In this document: positions 1 through 10,535 of the stretch, in pieces
Position numbering within the stretch: position 1 is the stretch's first letter
How the letters are laid out: each line of letters starts with the position of its first letter
Assembly: GCA_963803145.1 (NCBI GenBank)
Contig: CAWDLW010000029.1
Span: 1 to 45,281 of the forward strand
Direction: 5' to 3'
DNA from: Methanotrichaceae archaeon
GTDB lineage: Archaea; Halobacteriota; Methanosarcinia; Methanotrichales; Methanotrichaceae
DNA: 45,281 nt
Position numbers and translations under genes: made by a program
The notes under the pieces: model-generated
The model's input: the letters and a program-made list of their open reading frames with translations, nothing else
Databases searched by the model: none
Told to the model about the DNA's origin: nothing

Positions 1-13
1 TCGTCTGTGAAGC

Positions 14-120
14 AATATAACAGTTTGCAAAATATAATAAATAGATTCGATGACAGACCATATTCTATAGATACTATAACTTCCACAGGAATATGGGAGT
101 AAGCTTGCAACTCATAATTC
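14..120 (+). repeat. ORB-like dispersed module, copy 1 (degenerate)
   Basis: AATATAAC..ATAATAAATAGA..CAGACCATATTCTATAGATACTATAACTTCCACAGGAATATGGGAG aligns with the copies at 2414, 5401 and 10901; lacks one TTCTATAGA unit. Confidence 0.75.
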
Positions 121-526
121 ATCCCGCAAGCTATTGCACTCGACCTGAGATATAGGTGCGGAGCTTTGCAGAGTTGCTACTTGCAATCCATAGTTTTTCT
201 TCAATATCGATGCAGTAATTATCACAAAACCCCATTACCAGTAGGGTTAAGAAATAGTACCGTTGCATAAGCATTGTTGTTGCAATATAAATCGAATCAC
301 TGTGACTTATAAACAAAGTAAGTCGAACAACTGCTTTATATAGATATAATTTAATGAATATAGTGATATGGTTTTTAAATAGGCAACCTATATATTTAAG
401 GGATATAGATTCCTACTGTGGCGCGATATATACAAAAATCAGAAGAAGTTAGTTTTGCGCCATCTGATCTTGCTTTTCTTATACTTAATTTTCGTTTACT
501 TATTAGTGGAGTAATGGAGGGATATA

Positions 527-1198
527 ATGTTCAACATCAATGGACTTTATGGAATCAAAGGCGTGATGTTCGATTGCTACAAGACTCTTATTGATATCAA
601 GACTGACGAGAGGGACTTGAAGACCTACGAGCCAGTAAGCAAGTGGCTCAAGTATCACGGCATCAATATCTCCCCTCAAGATCTGATGAATGAGTACAGG
701 TGGAGATGCAAGGAAGAGTTGAATAGAAGGGGAGAGTGGCACTGCGAGCTAAAGGTGGAGGATGTCTTCAGTGAGATCTGCCGACAGCATGCCTCCTGGC
801 ACATCAATGATATCATTGTAGGCATTGAAGCGGCGCGACTCTTTAGAGCTGCCTCAGTAAGGAGGCTCCAGCCTTTTCCCCAGAGCGTGCGGCTTTTAGA
901 AAAGCTGAAAGGCTATCCGCTGGGAATGGTCTCAAACGGCCAGAGGATCTTCTCCGAGCTGGAGCTAAGACAACTAGGCCTTTATAGCTACTTCAATTTC
1001 GTTATATTCTCATCCGATCTCGGATACAAAAAACCAGATTCCAGGATTTTTATGGCAGGAGCTGGTAATTTAGGATTGCTGCCTCATGAGATTCTTTACA
1101 TTGGGGATTCATGGGATAAGGATATTTACCCTTCTCGCAACATCGGCATGAAAGCCATGCACATCGAAGATGCCTGGAGGCACTTTGGGGTGGCTTGA
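527..1198 (+). CDS. HAD-superfamily hydrolase (paralog 1)
   Basis: Motif I FDCYKTLID, motif II VSNG, KKPD, motif IV GDSWDKDI; GGAGG RBS upstream. Confidence 0.92.
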   Translation: MFNINGLYGIKGVMFDCYKTLIDIKTDERDLKTYEPVSKWLKYHGINISPQDLMNEYRWRCKEELNRRGEWHCELKVEDVFSEICRQHASWHINDIIVGIEAARLFRAASVRRLQPFPQSVRLLEKLKGYPLGMVSNGQRIFSELELRQLGLYSYFNFVIFSSDLGYKKPDSRIFMAGAGNLGLLPHEILYIGDSWDKDIYPSRNIGMKAMHIEDAWRHFGVA

Positions 1199-1211
1199 GG
1201 AATCAAATGCA

Positions 1212-2171
1212 TTATGAGTCAATAGCCTTCAAACAGGCAATGGCTTCCCTAAGGATGTACCCTCCTCGATCTGGATCTATTCTCAGCCGGTTCATCCTCA
1301 GGAGTCCCAGGCTCATATAGAACGGCAAAGCTTTTGTAAAGCTCTTGAACTCGGATAGCCCCCGGCTATATTGCCATAAGAAATGGCCTATATAGGGCTC
1401 GGCTCTGCTATCATCATTTTTATGCATTGCAAAATAGTGTTTGAGTTCCGCAGCCATGATTCCCAGATCGTGAACTGGGTTGGCATGAAGCCTTGCACTC
1501 TCAAAATCCAGGGCATAGACCTTCTCGCCATCAAACACATAGTTAACGGGATTTGCATCATGATGGATCATACAGCCGGTTGACCGATCTAATAGTGTAC
1601 TATACCACCAATCGCCAAGTAATTGATTAAAGGTCTCTTCGAGTTCCTTATTCAAGTGCAGCTGGTCCAGGGTTTGGTGAAATTTATAGAAATCTCCCTC
1701 CTTGTGGTAATGCGATAGAGTGCTGTCATGAAGCTTCCTCAGTAGATGTGCTACTGCAGTTAATCTATCATACAGTCCCTCCTCACTTTTCATGTACATA
1801 TAGAGGGGTTTGCCTTGGATGTATTCAGTGACCAGCACGCAGCTGAATTGCTTTTTTGTCGCCAGAGGCCTTGGAACATCTATGACCTTTTCAACTATCT
1901 TCAGGTTCTTGAACTCCCTTTTCATAGACTCCTCTGAATCATAATTCTTCTTCCAACCGGTGGGTTCGGCATAGAACTTGGCTATAACACTATAGTCTTC
2001 ACCCAAAAACTTGTACCTGCAAACTGTATGAGAGGCGGGCTCTATCTTATAGACAGCTACTTTGCAAGACTTGTTGTGAATTCTCTCACCAAGGATATCT
2101 ATTAGCCAATCTCTGAAGTAATCTCCTCTCCCGAGAGTGTTAACGTGATGTTCTTTGAGCACTTTTATCAA
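1212..2171 (-). CDS. Aminoglycoside phosphotransferase/choline-kinase-like kinase (paralog 1)
   Basis: HxDxxxxN (HHDANPVN) and DFE motifs; IAKFY lysine; TTG start. Confidence 0.88.
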   Translation of the reverse strand: MIKVLKEHHVNTLGRGDYFRDWLIDILGERIHNKSCKVAVYKIEPASHTVCRYKFLGEDYSVIAKFYAEPTGWKKNYDSEESMKREFKNLKIVEKVIDVPRPLATKKQFSCVLVTEYIQGKPLYMYMKSEEGLYDRLTAVAHLLRKLHDSTLSHYHKEGDFYKFHQTLDQLHLNKELEETFNQLLGDWWYSTLLDRSTGCMIHHDANPVNYVFDGEKVYALDFESARLHANPVHDLGIMAAELKHYFAMHKNDDSRAEPYIGHFLWQYSRGLSEFKSFTKALPFYMSLGLLRMNRLRIDPDRGGYILREAIACLKAIDS

Positions 2172-2413
2172 CCAAAAGTTATTTTAAATATGATATTGAT
2201 TGATTTAGTCGTGAAATCGTTTCATTAATTTGAAATTTCCTTAGCTGATTAGCTTTATTAGCTCGCCACACAACAGCACTCAAAGGATCACCCATCTGTA
2301 CATCAAGACGCGAAGGCTGTTTGGCATTCGTTACAGTCTGGATGACATTCATTCCAAGCTCGCAATTTTCGCGCAAATAAACTTGCCTCATTTTCATATC
2401 CTTTCAGGATAAG

Positions 2414-2552
2414 ATATAACTGTTTTCTACTTATAATAAATAGATATAGTACTGGATCATGTTCTATAGATTCTATAGATATTATAATTTCCACTGGAAA
2501 TTAAGAGGTTTGTTTGCAATCCCTAATTAATATTAGGGCCAATTGTAAGCTA
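2414..2552 (+). repeat. ORB-like dispersed module, copy 2
   Basis: Ungapped alignment to 5402-5540 (constant offset 2988); TTCCACTGGAAATTAAGAGG at 2489-2508. Confidence 0.9.
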
Positions 2553-2692
2553 GCCCAAAAAGAGTTGAGGTATAGGTTCATCGCTACAAGTAGGTCAAAG
2601 GATTGTTGTCTTATATTGCTGCCTCTCGGGGCGATGGCAGAGCAAAACCGAGGTGCATACGTTCGCCCTTGAGATGGATAATATTCATGGTA

Positions 2693-2724
2693 AGGCGGAG
2701 AGACCAACTATATTCTCTTCGCCT
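2693..2724. terminator. GC-rich hairpin downstream of the GT4 gene (possible terminator or element end)
   Basis: AGGCGGAGAGA-N10-TCTCTTCGCCT, 11-bp stem with one G-T pair. Confidence 0.4.
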
Positions 2725-2801
2725 GTTGGTGTTAGATATCGGATAAAATATTTATGCCTGTTAAGCAATATAAAAGAGGTCAATATTGATAAGGAATTTT
2801 C

Positions 2802-3947
2802 TCATTTTGCGATTTGATTGATGCCGTAATAAATTGCCTCTGTATTTTTGGCTATCGTGTTCCAATTGAACTCCTTTTCAATCCTCTCATTGCCCGCCTT
2901 GGCTAGATTTTCCATCTCGCCAGGGTTATCGAGAAGGCGATTTATACACCATGCCAGAGATTCGGGCTGTATATAGGCTAAAAGGCCATCCTTGAAGTTC
3001 CTTATTATGCTTACCGCCTCTGTAGCCACAACCGGCTTGCTTGCATCCCAGGCTTCAAGGACTATTAGTCCAAACGGCTCATTTCTGCTGGGCACACATA
3101 CCATATTACATGCATTTAGAAGGGCCTCCTTCTCAGGCTCTGCAACATAACCTAAAAATCGGCATTCTTTAGCCACCCCAAGCTCTCTAGTCCTTTCTTT
3201 GCACTTTTTCCTCAAACTCCCGTCGCCTGCGAAGATGAACACAATATTCCTGTGTTGTTTCACTATTTTAGGAACAGCCTCTACTAGCAGATCAGGTCCT
3301 TTTTGATAAGCCATCCTGCCGCAAAAGAGCACAATTTGCGAGCTTTTTCGTATGCCATACCTCTCTTTTAATCTGGAAGAATTAACGTCCTTTTTCATTT
3401 TTCCCTTGGTTATGCCATTGGGCACGATACTTATCTTACCAGCAGGAATAGCGTATATAGACATAATCTCTTTCATCAGGCGTTTACTTGTGACAATCAC
3501 TTGCGAAGCTTCATTCATGCCCTGTCTCTCTCGGCGGATTATCTCCTTGTACGATCCGCCTCTTCCTTGCTCAGTGCTATGTATCGTCAAGACATAAGGA
3601 ATTCCAAAATCCCTTTTCAACCTGATCAGCGCTGGGACTGGATGCCAGTCGTGGCCGTGCAGGATATCGAACTTGCCGAAAGTATCCTGCACCACAAGGA
3701 AGCGGTCATAAAGAGCATTACACATGCTGTCCATCTTTTGTACAAGATCTCCAGAGGAATCGGAATCTACCCTCTGATAATTGACACCGTTAATGCAATC
3801 ATAGAGGTTAAAATCCCCTCGCCTTGTGAACACGTGCAACTCGTGTCCCTCTTTAGCCAGGCTCACAGAGATCTCAGAAACGTGGGGAGCAATACCTCCA
3901 ACCTTAATTGAGTAGAGGCTTTCCCAGGAGAACATCCCGATCCGCAT
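2802..3947 (-). CDS. Glycosyltransferase family 4
   Basis: GGIAPHV N-terminus, HGHDWH, GRMAYQKG, EPFGLIVLEAW (E-x7-E). Confidence 0.93.
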   Translation of the reverse strand: MRIGMFSWESLYSIKVGGIAPHVSEISVSLAKEGHELHVFTRRGDFNLYDCINGVNYQRVDSDSSGDLVQKMDSMCNALYDRFLVVQDTFGKFDILHGHDWHPVPALIRLKRDFGIPYVLTIHSTEQGRGGSYKEIIRRERQGMNEASQVIVTSKRLMKEIMSIYAIPAGKISIVPNGITKGKMKKDVNSSRLKERYGIRKSSQIVLFCGRMAYQKGPDLLVEAVPKIVKQHRNIVFIFAGDGSLRKKCKERTRELGVAKECRFLGYVAEPEKEALLNACNMVCVPSRNEPFGLIVLEAWDASKPVVATEAVSIIRNFKDGLLAYIQPESLAWCINRLLDNPGEMENLAKAGNERIEKEFNWNTIAKNTEAIYYGINQIAK

Positions 3948-3999
3948 GATGCCACCTAATTCCAGAATTCAGATAAGTTTGTACTGATGGAGTAATTAT

Positions 4000-4944
4000 C
4001 TACCTGATGGCCCTTAAACATGCGTTAGCCTCTCTAACAACATAGTCCCTCTCCTGGGATTCGCTCTTCCACCTGGCCATTCTGAGGAGCCCCATGCTCA
4101 TGAAGAAGGGGAGCGCCTGGGTAATCTCGTGAAATTCGTTTTCGCTATGGCTGTAGTTCCAGAGAAAATGGCCTATGTAGGGTTCAGCCCTCTCTGCGCC
4201 CCTTCGGTTCCAGCCGAAGAATTTCTTCAGCTCAGCAGCCACAACTCCCAGATCGTGAACAGGATGAGCCTTCTCCCAGGCGCTCTCGAAGTCAAGGGCA
4301 TAGACTCGATCGTATTGGAATATGTAGTTCGCAGGATGGGCATCGTTGTGAATCATGCAGCCTCTGATTCTATCCAGGCGTGAGCTATACCACCAGTCTC
4401 TCAGAAGATAGTTATACTTCTCACGAGCATGTCCATAAAGTCCCATCTGGTCAAGGATCTTGCAAAATCGGGCGAACTCCTCCTCTTTTCGATATTCTGT
4501 CGCTGTATTATCATGAAGGCTTCGCAGCAGATACGCTAGTAGGGTAAGCCTATCGTAGAGGTCGTCTTCGCTTCCTATGTATTTGTTCAGGGGTTTGCCC
4601 TTAACATATTGAGTAATCAAAGCGCAGTTGAACTTTTTATTCCTGGCCAGCGGGCGCGATATATTTATGATTCCCTCTACCTTTTTTAGCTTCTCGAACT
4701 CCTTATTCATTGCCCTCTTGGCATTATAATTTCTGTTACTGCCTGTGGGTTCGGCATAGAACTTGGAAACAACGCCGAAGTCTTCGCCCTTGAATTCATA
4801 TCTGCAAACAGTATGTGAGGCAGGGATTTTGTAAACTCTGACCTTGCATCTATCGTTATGTAGCTCATCCTCAAATTTGTGCACCAGCCAATCTCTGAAT
4901 ACGTTGCCGGGCTCTAATGTGTCAACAAGCCTTTGAGATGCCAA
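4000..4944 (-). CDS. APH-like kinase (paralog 2)
   Basis: HNDAHPAN and DFE motifs; shares SHTVCRY, KFYAEPTG and AEPYIGHFLW with paralogs 1 and 3. Confidence 0.88.
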   Translation of the reverse strand: MASQRLVDTLEPGNVFRDWLVHKFEDELHNDRCKVRVYKIPASHTVCRYEFKGEDFGVVSKFYAEPTGSNRNYNAKRAMNKEFEKLKKVEGIINISRPLARNKKFNCALITQYVKGKPLNKYIGSEDDLYDRLTLLAYLLRSLHDNTATEYRKEEEFARFCKILDQMGLYGHAREKYNYLLRDWWYSSRLDRIRGCMIHNDAHPANYIFQYDRVYALDFESAWEKAHPVHDLGVVAAELKKFFGWNRRGAERAEPYIGHFLWNYSHSENEFHEITQALPFFMSMGLLRMARWKSESQERDYVVREANACLRAIR

Positions 4945-5025
4945 TTATCCCACCACATAAAATAGTCAATAAAATGACCCTCCTAAAGTATTTAGTAATG
5001 TAAATGACACATTTAAGATATAGAT

Positions 5026-5187
5026 TTATTGGTAAGCCTGAACGTGCTCAGTACATTGCTGTAACCCACATTTCGCAGTAAGAAAAATTATAAGAAAGAA
5101 TATGAAGCTAATAATAAAGCATTCTCGAAATAGAGAAAGAAAAAGGAGTGCTGCTAAAACCAGAGCCAATATTGCATATTTTCTCAT
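5026..5187 (-). CDS. 53-aa hydrophobic ORF (small membrane protein or signal-peptide relic)
   Basis: MRKYAILALVLAALLFLSLF...; AGGTGA RBS 5 nt upstream of the ATG; below the ORF-track cutoff. Confidence 0.45.
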   Translation of the reverse strand: MRKYAILALVLAALLFLSLFRECFIISFIFFLIIFLTAKCGLQQCTEHVQAYQ

Positions 5188-5400
5188 GACATTTCACCTT
5201 TTCTCCTTTTTAATTACGATAGTAATCGGGCGTATATGATCAGAATATATAATGCATTTTTAGATAATTTTTATATAATTCTGCATTTAGCCTTATAGCG
5301 GTTCTCTAGACTCAAAGAGTTCCTCCTATAATTCTCTTCTCAGTTTGCCGGTATTGTTAGCTGGAGAATTAACCGATTAAAAAGTCGTTCTCAAGCACAC

Positions 5401-5540
5401 AATATAACCGATTCCCAAATAAAGTAAGTAGACATTATATCAGGCTATACTCTATGGATTCTATGCATACTATAATTTCCATAAGAAATTAAGGGGTTTG
5501 CTTGTAATCCTTAATTTATATAAGAGCCAATAGTAAGCTA
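5401..5540 (+). repeat. ORB-like dispersed module, copy 3
   Basis: 101/140 identical and ungapped versus 10901-11040; TTCCATAAGAAATTAAGGGG at 5477-5496. Confidence 0.9.
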
Positions 5541-5690
5541 TGAGATAGTCAATTAATAGAAGCTTTTTTCTTATGTCTATAAGTTATCCACTGGCCAGGG
5601 TCTCAAAACGTGGCATATCCTAAGGACAGCCGGGAGATGGTTTGAAAGCTGTAGAATAGCTGATTAAGGTACGAAACGTATGGGATGGTG

Positions 5691-5745
5691 CGAAGGGATG
5701 GAGAAGAGATTATTAAGCCGATACCCAGAGGTCCATTCCTTCGCC
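5691..5745 (+). repeat. 55-bp conserved hairpin element, copy A
   Basis: 40/55 ungapped identity to 10791-10845; stem GAAGGGATGGA/TCCATTCCTTC. Confidence 0.8.
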
Positions 5746-5852
5746 ATCGAGATAGGCGCTGATTTGAGGAGGCTAGTGAGCATCCCTCCCACGAGTCTTC
5801 TTGCTGGAGTTGCCTTGTTGATAGTTGGGCAAAATATCCATGCTCAATAAGG

Positions 5853-5912
5853 AATATAACCGTTTCTCAAATATAATAAATAGCCCGGTTATCATACCAT
5901 ATTCTATAGATT
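5853..5912 (+). repeat. ORB-like module, 5' half only (copy 5)
   Basis: AATATAACCGTTTCTCAAATATAATAAATAG..ATCATACCATATTCTATAGATT; stops before the ORB-like box. Confidence 0.75.
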
Positions 5913-6256
5913 TGAGGCTCTGGAGTATTCTACTTTGGCCAGGGTGAAATAGAATATGATCCCATGCACTATATGAGGATGCTGAAGAGGTGACGGAGCA
6001 AATTTCCCCGGCCATTAGCGAGGTTGCGAAGGAAACGGCAATGCTACTCATGCTGCATGGGATAGTTCCTGCCTTGAGGAGCTGGTAAAGAATTCTGATA
6101 GAGTGACCTACTTCGATGAAGGGCTGAGGCTAGGAGCTTGAGCCCAATAAAAAATAAAGTTTCCCTTGCCGGTATTTTATTCTACGCCGCAAAGTGCGAG
6201 GTGCGCCCGTTTGACTGGACTTATGATTTGCCGATGCTTAAGCTGTAAATCATTGC

Positions 6257-7114
6257 CTACCGGGACATGGACATAGATGTCATCTCCCCCTTTAAGGATG
6301 TAATAATATCTCTCGCATTTCTCCTTCCCTCTAGTGCAGCATTAGAATTATCTATGTCCTCTAGATATTTAGACAGCTTTTCTTTATATGTATAGCTATC
6401 TTCAACGCTGCTCAATATATGATCCAAAACCCCTTCTCCGGACCACTGTTTCAGCCTTCTGTGAGCGGTTTCGTAAGACCCATATTTACGGGGAAGCTCA
6501 CGCCAGCTGCAATTTGTCTGAAGCACATAGAGTATGCCGTTAAGAGCCCTCCTATCATCTGATCGTTTTCGACCTCTCATGGGCTGAGGCGGCAAGTAAC
6601 GCTTAACTTGGTCCCACTGTTCATCGCTCAGCTCGTCGAACTTATAGCTGCCCCTCTCCAGGAAGTTGTTAATGAGATCAAGTGCTACAAAATAATCTTC
6701 TCTAGGAAAGCGTAACGAAACAGAGAGTTCAACAGTGCAGTTTGCTGTTTTTCTTGAATATATGCTGCTTTGATTAGGCCAGACTGGATATATATTTGGA
6801 TGGGCATCATATCGCCAAGCACACAGCTTATCTCCCTCATGTCCCAATATTCGATAACAGAACCAGTCGTTGACCTCGGGATGCTTGTGGATCCTATCTC
6901 CGAGCGTCCTTATCAGTATTATCAAGAATTTCTCCACATCTTTCATAGAATAGAACTCTATCCACATTATGCCAGGTTCGTTCTCTTCGCAGGAATTGCA
7001 GGTCATGATTCCCGCATCCCAAATAGCCTTAAGAAGCGGCGCGATCCCTGCATCAACATCTATGAGATCCTGGCCTCCTGGAAATAAGACCTTCGTCTGA
7101 TTGTGATCGAACAA
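6257..7114 (-). CDS. Fusion of an unknown N-terminal domain with an IS5-family transposase N-terminal (DUF4096-like) HTH domain; no DDE domain
   Basis: C-part ELSDEQWDQVKRYLPP..GRKRSDDRRALNGILYVLQTNCSWRELPRKYGSYETAHRRLKQW matches the IS5 N-terminal signature; GGGGG RBS-like run upstream. Confidence 0.8.
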   Translation of the reverse strand: MFDHNQTKVLFPGGQDLIDVDAGIAPLLKAIWDAGIMTCNSCEENEPGIMWIEFYSMKDVEKFLIILIRTLGDRIHKHPEVNDWFCYRILGHEGDKLCAWRYDAHPNIYPVWPNQSSIYSRKTANCTVELSVSLRFPREDYFVALDLINNFLERGSYKFDELSDEQWDQVKRYLPPQPMRGRKRSDDRRALNGILYVLQTNCSWRELPRKYGSYETAHRRLKQWSGEGVLDHILSSVEDSYTYKEKLSKYLEDIDNSNAALEGRRNARDIITSLKGEMTSMSMSR

Positions 7115-7491
7115 AGTCTACATCCCCCCAATAAATGTAGCTCAACATACGATGTTTTGATGAGCCGTATTATCCCTCTTCATTGGTCCTTTATTATCAC
7201 ATTTGGCAGTCAATAGCATATCTGGCAATCATCATTGCATTCAATCAGAAGAACGCCAAAGTCAAGCTATAACTCTCCAGAGAATAACTCCACATCGATC
7301 TATAAGAAGGTTGCGATCAAAATTATCAATAGGTGATATCTTTTCTCCTGTATCCGGAGTAAGCGTATTTTATAATTTATATTTGCTCTCATAATGATGA
7401 TTTTTTCTTATTAAAGAAATATTATTTCATAAAAAATATATTAAATCTATTAATTCTTTTTCTCAAAAATCTATTTTTAACTCTTGATTAC

Positions 7492-9690
7492 TCAGTGTAT
7501 GGCAACATCCCATTTCCAGCCTAGGGACTTTGCTTTGGCAAAAGCATCATCAGATTCCTCTTTGTGGCCAAGCTTGTGCAGAACCTCTCCTTTAAAGTGC
7601 CATGCGGCGGGATCTGAATAGTTAATCTCGAGGGCCTCAAGGAATGAATCAAGTGCCTCCTCATATCTCAGAAGACGCTGAAGTGCAATCCCACGATAGA
7701 TCCAAGCCGATATAGAAGAAAGATCGATCTCCAATGCTTCATCAAAGCACTTAATGGAATCTTTTAAGCAGCCTAAATTGATGAAGGTAACTCCTTCGTT
7801 AACCCATGGAGTAGGGTCACAGCTATCGAGCTGAATTGCCCTGTCGTATGAGATAATAGCATCCTCGTAGCTGCATAAATATGCAAAAGCATTACCTCTG
7901 TTGTTCCAGGCATCAAAGTATTCCGGATCGATCTCTGTAGCCTTATTAAAGCAGTCCACAGCATCGTTATATCTATGCATATCACATAGGATGTTGCCTT
8001 TATTGTTCCAGGCTATGGCATATTTAGGATTGGCCTCTATTGCGCTTTCAAATGATTTAATTGCCTCCTCATAGAATTCTATGTTCTTTAGAGTTACACC
8101 TCTATTGTTCCATGCGTCTGCGTTTTTAGAATCCATATCGATGGCTTTCTCAAAGGATCTTATGGCATCTTCATATTGACCCATTTCATCCAGAACAGCA
8201 CCTTTATTATTCCAAATTGAGGATTTGGTTGAATCTAACTCTAACGCTTTGTCAAAACACTTTATGGATTCACTATAGCGCACTAGCTTTTTCAAAATGA
8301 TGCCTTTATCGTTCCAGAAGTTCGGGTTAGAGAAATCTATTTCTATGGCCTTATCATAACAATGAAGGGCTTCGCTGTGATTGCCTAGCTCATAAAGGCA
8401 GTGCCCTTTATCGGACCAGATTCTCTCTTGTAAGGGATCTATTTTGAGAGCCTCATCATAGGCAGCCAAAGCATCATCATGTCGGAACAAGTGTTTATGC
8501 AGTATTTCTGCTTTAATGCACCATGCTAATAGGCTCTTCTGGTTAATCTTTGTAATATAATCAAAGCAATCATAGGCCTTTTGATAATGACCCAGCCTTT
8601 TAAGCAGCAGTCCTTTATTATTCCAGGCATTTATATCCAGTGAATTAATATTAAGCAATGTTTCATAACAACCTATGGCTTCTTTATATAGGCCTAGCCT
8701 ATCTAGAGTAACTCCTTTATTATTCAGTGCTTCTTTATATTGTGGATTGATGCGTAGCGCCTCATCAAAGGACCCCAGAGCATCCACATAAAGCCCCGAC
8801 CTGTATTGGATGAGGCCTTTACCATACCATGCCTCTGAAATCAAAGGATTAATCTCTATCGCTTTCTGATAGCATTTTGCAGCATCGTCGAAATTCTCAT
8901 TTTTATAAAACTCTGAGCCTGCTCTCAGTAAGTAAACCACAATATCCTCTTTTACAGGGACTAAGAAATTGCCGGAGGGTGAACTGGCAATGGAAAGAGC
9001 TGCATGGTCTAATGCCTGCTTAATGCCGACTCCCTTTTCTAATATCCTCACTGCTTCATCGCCACGCTTTAGGTGTTGAAGTGCGAGATATTTGCCATAC
9101 CAGGCCTCCTTGAATTGTGGATTGATTACAATTGCCTCATCAAAGGCTTCTACTGCCTCAAGATAGCGGCCTATGTTTCCGAGCGCAGCACCCTTGCCGA
9201 CCCACGCATCAATGAATGATTTGTTGATTTTAACGGCCTCATCATAAGCTGCAACGGCCTTCTGATAGCGGCCTAGCTTGCTCATGGCGTTGCCTACACC
9301 ATACCATGCATCAATGAGTTGAGGATTGACCTCAAGGGCCTTTTTATAACAATATATGGCCTCTTCATATCTGCCAATCCTGTAGAGAACGCTACCTTTG
9401 CTTTTGAGAGCCTTGATTGACTTGGGATTTATCCAGAGTGCCTTATCATAAAAATTTAGCGCATCCTCAAACTGACCCAATTCTGAGAGCGTTAAGCCTT
9501 TATCATACCATGATGTCTCGATCGGTGATTGGATCTCCGATGCTTTATCATAAATGCTGATTCCTCTGTACAACTCCGGGGTGGCCAAAATAGGAGCCGG
9601 CCCTTTTACAGGCTCTGTTATCATTGTAGCTTTTATGTTGTCTGTAGCTCCTTTAGAGAGTATAGGCTCAGCCTTTTTGCTATCTCCCAT
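7492..9690 (-). CDS. Large tetratricopeptide-repeat protein
   Basis: Many consecutive 34-aa TPR units (AWxxKGxxLxxLGxYxEAxxxFDxALxIxP); frame is open to 9867 but ATG 9690 is the more plausible start. Confidence 0.93.
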   Translation of the reverse strand: MGDSKKAEPILSKGATDNIKATMITEPVKGPAPILATPELYRGISIYDKASEIQSPIETSWYDKGLTLSELGQFEDALNFYDKALWINPKSIKALKSKGSVLYRIGRYEEAIYCYKKALEVNPQLIDAWYGVGNAMSKLGRYQKAVAAYDEAVKINKSFIDAWVGKGAALGNIGRYLEAVEAFDEAIVINPQFKEAWYGKYLALQHLKRGDEAVRILEKGVGIKQALDHAALSIASSPSGNFLVPVKEDIVVYLLRAGSEFYKNENFDDAAKCYQKAIEINPLISEAWYGKGLIQYRSGLYVDALGSFDEALRINPQYKEALNNKGVTLDRLGLYKEAIGCYETLLNINSLDINAWNNKGLLLKRLGHYQKAYDCFDYITKINQKSLLAWCIKAEILHKHLFRHDDALAAYDEALKIDPLQERIWSDKGHCLYELGNHSEALHCYDKAIEIDFSNPNFWNDKGIILKKLVRYSESIKCFDKALELDSTKSSIWNNKGAVLDEMGQYEDAIRSFEKAIDMDSKNADAWNNRGVTLKNIEFYEEAIKSFESAIEANPKYAIAWNNKGNILCDMHRYNDAVDCFNKATEIDPEYFDAWNNRGNAFAYLCSYEDAIISYDRAIQLDSCDPTPWVNEGVTFINLGCLKDSIKCFDEALEIDLSSISAWIYRGIALQRLLRYEEALDSFLEALEINYSDPAAWHFKGEVLHKLGHKEESDDAFAKAKSLGWKWDVAIH

Positions 9691-10217
9691 GATTCTTTGA
9701 TGTATCTCGTCCGAGAATCTCTTTTTAGCATAGAGCCACATTCGGCTATAGCGATTGAAGAATAGTCTATAATCTAAATTAAAGGGCCTTGACGTGATAT
9801 ATGTCATTCTCGAGGCTATAAATGCAATGGTAGTCGTATATAGGGCAGATAGTTCGTATGGAGGCATGACATAACCCAGTTAATTTATTAATTAAGATCC
9901 AACAAGTATTAAAAAGTTTTGCTATTATCACTAAGGTAGAATTTTTTAATTTAATTCCTTAAAATCGAGAAGATCAATTTAGGTTCAATACTATCAGAAA
10001 TTTTTAGCGAAATAAGATAAATAATTATTTTTTAAATTACTTTAGTAGAATATCAATAGGAAATTGTCGGATATTAGCACGTTATCGATTTCATGGTTTG
10101 GATTCCCGATATTATCTTTAAGCCAATCTTTGAGGATTAAGCACTTTAAAAACTGACTTGAAGTTCAATACAGCTAAGAATGGTTTCAACTGTTATTAGA
10201 ATATGCGATGGCAATCT

Positions 10218-10502
10218 TCAACTGATTCCCCAATCCATTGCTCTTCGCATAATATCCATTGCCCAAGCTTTTTCTTCATCAGTTAATGGTGGCTCCAGAA
10301 ATCTCTGGCCGTTTTCATTTTTATGCATCCTGTCTTTGATTTCATCCCATTTCATTCTATCTTCATAAGGCAATGCTTTCTTAAACTCCTGCCACTTGTC
10401 ATAATAATCCCAATGAAAAATGCCCTTTTCGGCATCAGACATGACTTTATTAATATCTGTCTTTTCTACTAAATTAGCCTCTTTGTTTATGCATAATTTC
10501 AC
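10218..10502 (-). CDS. Hypothetical 94-aa Trp-rich protein
   Basis: GTG start with GGAGG RBS; upstream promoter block shared with 26381-26455. Confidence 0.7.
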   Translation of the reverse strand: MKLCINKEANLVEKTDINKVMSDAEKGIFHWDYYDKWQEFKKALPYEDRMKWDEIKDRMHKNENGQRFLEPPLTDEEKAWAMDIMRRAMDWGIS

Positions 10503-10535
10503 TATACAGCCTCCAAAGTGATTTTAATTTCGTTG

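Noticed and set aside
9691-9867. 59-aa N-terminal extension of the TPR ORF
   Set aside because: Looks like open promoter/UTR sequence without TPR character; ATG 9690 preferred, though unproven.
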